Assembly: GCA_000002445.1 (NCBI GenBank)
Contig: CP000066.1
Coordinates: 480,001 to 544,000 of the forward strand
Length of the DNA: 64,000 nt
Direction: 5' to 3'
Source: Trypanosoma brucei
Lineage: Eukaryota
The notes below the pieces were generated by a model. It ran no database searches. It had not been told where the DNA came from and worked only from the letters and a program-made list of their open reading frames with translations. A program made the position numbers and the translations under genes. The first letter of the stretch is position 1. The number at the start of each line of letters is the position of its first letter. Positions 63,223 to 64,000 of this stretch are shown piece after piece.

Positions 63223-64000
63223 TTAGTCGAGCACATGCCGTGCACGGAGTACAACATGCAACAAGTATGACTCTACCGTCTTATCCGCCGAGTTGTTTAT
63301 AAATATCCACATTGGCCAGCGCCCTTCTAACTGGCCTTCCGGTAGTCTCAACATGCTCATGTGCAGCGTGATAACTTGAGTATCTTGCGGGGCAAGCACG
63401 AACGTCTTTGGTTGGACATGAAGTTGGTACTTGTAGTTGTGATGAACAGTAAATATATCCTCACTTAAGCAGACATTCACAAAATGCAGCCGTCGGAGTA
63501 TTGGCGCGTTGGCTTCCTCAACACTCAACTCGATTGTTTGTGTATATGTCGGAGTCGGATACACCGTGGGAACTGTAACCAACGTTTTGGCAAGATGGTT
63601 GCTAGTCAGCGAATGCAGTAATAAGTGCTGTGTTCCCACCTCATGCGGTCGAAGGTGCATCATATACAATCCCTCTCGCTGCTCCACGCGCATGCGCGGG
63701 TCACTGCAATAAATCGCCTCAACACCCTCAGACGGAAGTGCCACAGCAGTGGTTTGACCGAACATCAGCTCACGTGTGGTCACCGTCTGTGAGGCAAATA
63801 TGCTAAGCTCCCATGTTTCTAATGCTTTACTCAACTTTTCATCCTCAAAAAGAGTGAGATACTCCACTCGTTGTTCATTACAATCCCGTGGAATCGTAGT
63901 GTGGATAGTTACTTCCTCCCACACAGTAACCGATGACTGAGTAATGGGGTCTAACACTACATTCGGCTCCACTGTCGTCTCATCGGAGGCAATAGAAACA
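63223..64000 (-). CDS. Hypothetical protein, 5'-truncated by the window edge (at least 259 aa present).
   Basis: The ORF-track start at 63972 is a GTG. The reading frame stays open to position 64000, with no stop in 63973-63999, so the true start lies beyond the window. Non-repetitive sequence, no recognised domain. Confidence 0.55.
   Translation of the reverse strand, partial: VSIASDETTVEPNVVLDPITQSSVTVWEEVTIHTTIPRDCNEQRVEYLTLFEDEKLSKALETWELSIFASQTVTTRELMFGQTTAVALPSEGVEAIYCSDPRMRVEQREGLYMMHLRPHEVGTQHLLLHSLTSNHLAKTLVTVPTVYPTPTYTQTIELSVEEANAPILRRLHFVNVCLSEDIFTVHHNYKYQLHVQPKTFVLAPQDTQVITLHMSMLRLPEGQLEGRWPMWIFINNSADKTVESYLLHVVLRARHVLD

Noticed and set aside
1-64000. Prokaryotic-style defence or mobile systems: CRISPR arrays, restriction-modification, toxin-antitoxin, integrases, transposases, phage genes.
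   Set aside because: None present. There are no direct-repeat/spacer arrays; the only tandem repeats are in-frame coding repeats and microsatellites. There are no integrase/transposase/recombinase motifs and no operon-like overlapping genes. Gene content and intergenic structure are eukaryotic (kinetoplastid).

Overview
This window is not prokaryotic. It is a gene-dense piece of a kinetoplastid (Trypanosoma-type) nuclear chromosome, so I found no CRISPR array, operon-style defence island, toxin-antitoxin pair or mobile element.

What the window contains:
- Every convincing protein-coding gene (about 23) lies on the minus strand, with no strand-switch region. This is the classic arrangement of one unidirectional polycistronic transcription unit.
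- Intergenic spacers are 0.3-4.6 kb. They are full of (TA)n, (CA)n and (GGA)n microsatellites, homopolymer runs, and alternating polypyrimidine/polypurine tracts. On the coding strand the polypyrimidine tracts sit 50-400 nt upstream of most start codons, as expected for trans-splicing acceptor regions.
- Recognisable products, in order of decreasing coordinate (the direction of transcription), are:
  - a 5'-truncated hypothetical gene running off the window end;
  - an STE-like protein kinase;
  - a 1572-aa protein with polyQ tracts and a histone-H1/KAP-like Lys/Ala-rich tail;
  - two kinesins flanking an acylphosphatase;
  - a large helical hypothetical protein;
  - an RRM-like protein;
  - a TPR-repeat protein;
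  - a hypothetical protein;
  - phosphopantothenoylcysteine synthetase;
  - a small hypothetical protein;
  - a small predicted membrane protein;
  - a TPM-domain protein with zinc-ribbon-like Cys clusters;
  - PRP17/CDC40;
  - NOT5 (CCR4-NOT);
  - an SLBP-type RNA-binding protein;
  - a highly acidic tandem-repeat protein;
  - a thioredoxin-fold protein;
  - a protein with a GATOR2/SEA-type C-terminal CGHGGH RING;
  - a membrane-anchored CHAP/glutathionylspermidine-amidase-like protein;
  - an ATP-grasp + SET-domain fusion protein;
  - an atypical protein kinase with an RIIa/DPY-30-like N-terminal motif.

Organism guess: the SLBP-NOT5-PRP17 adjacency and the microsatellite style suggest Trypanosoma brucei-group DNA, possibly the chromosome 3 region around NOT5. 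This rests on memory of published gene IDs, not on any search.

Caveat on the ORF track: it accepts TTG/GTG/CTG as start codons. For at least seven genes I moved the start to the first in-frame ATG after checking the nucleotides.
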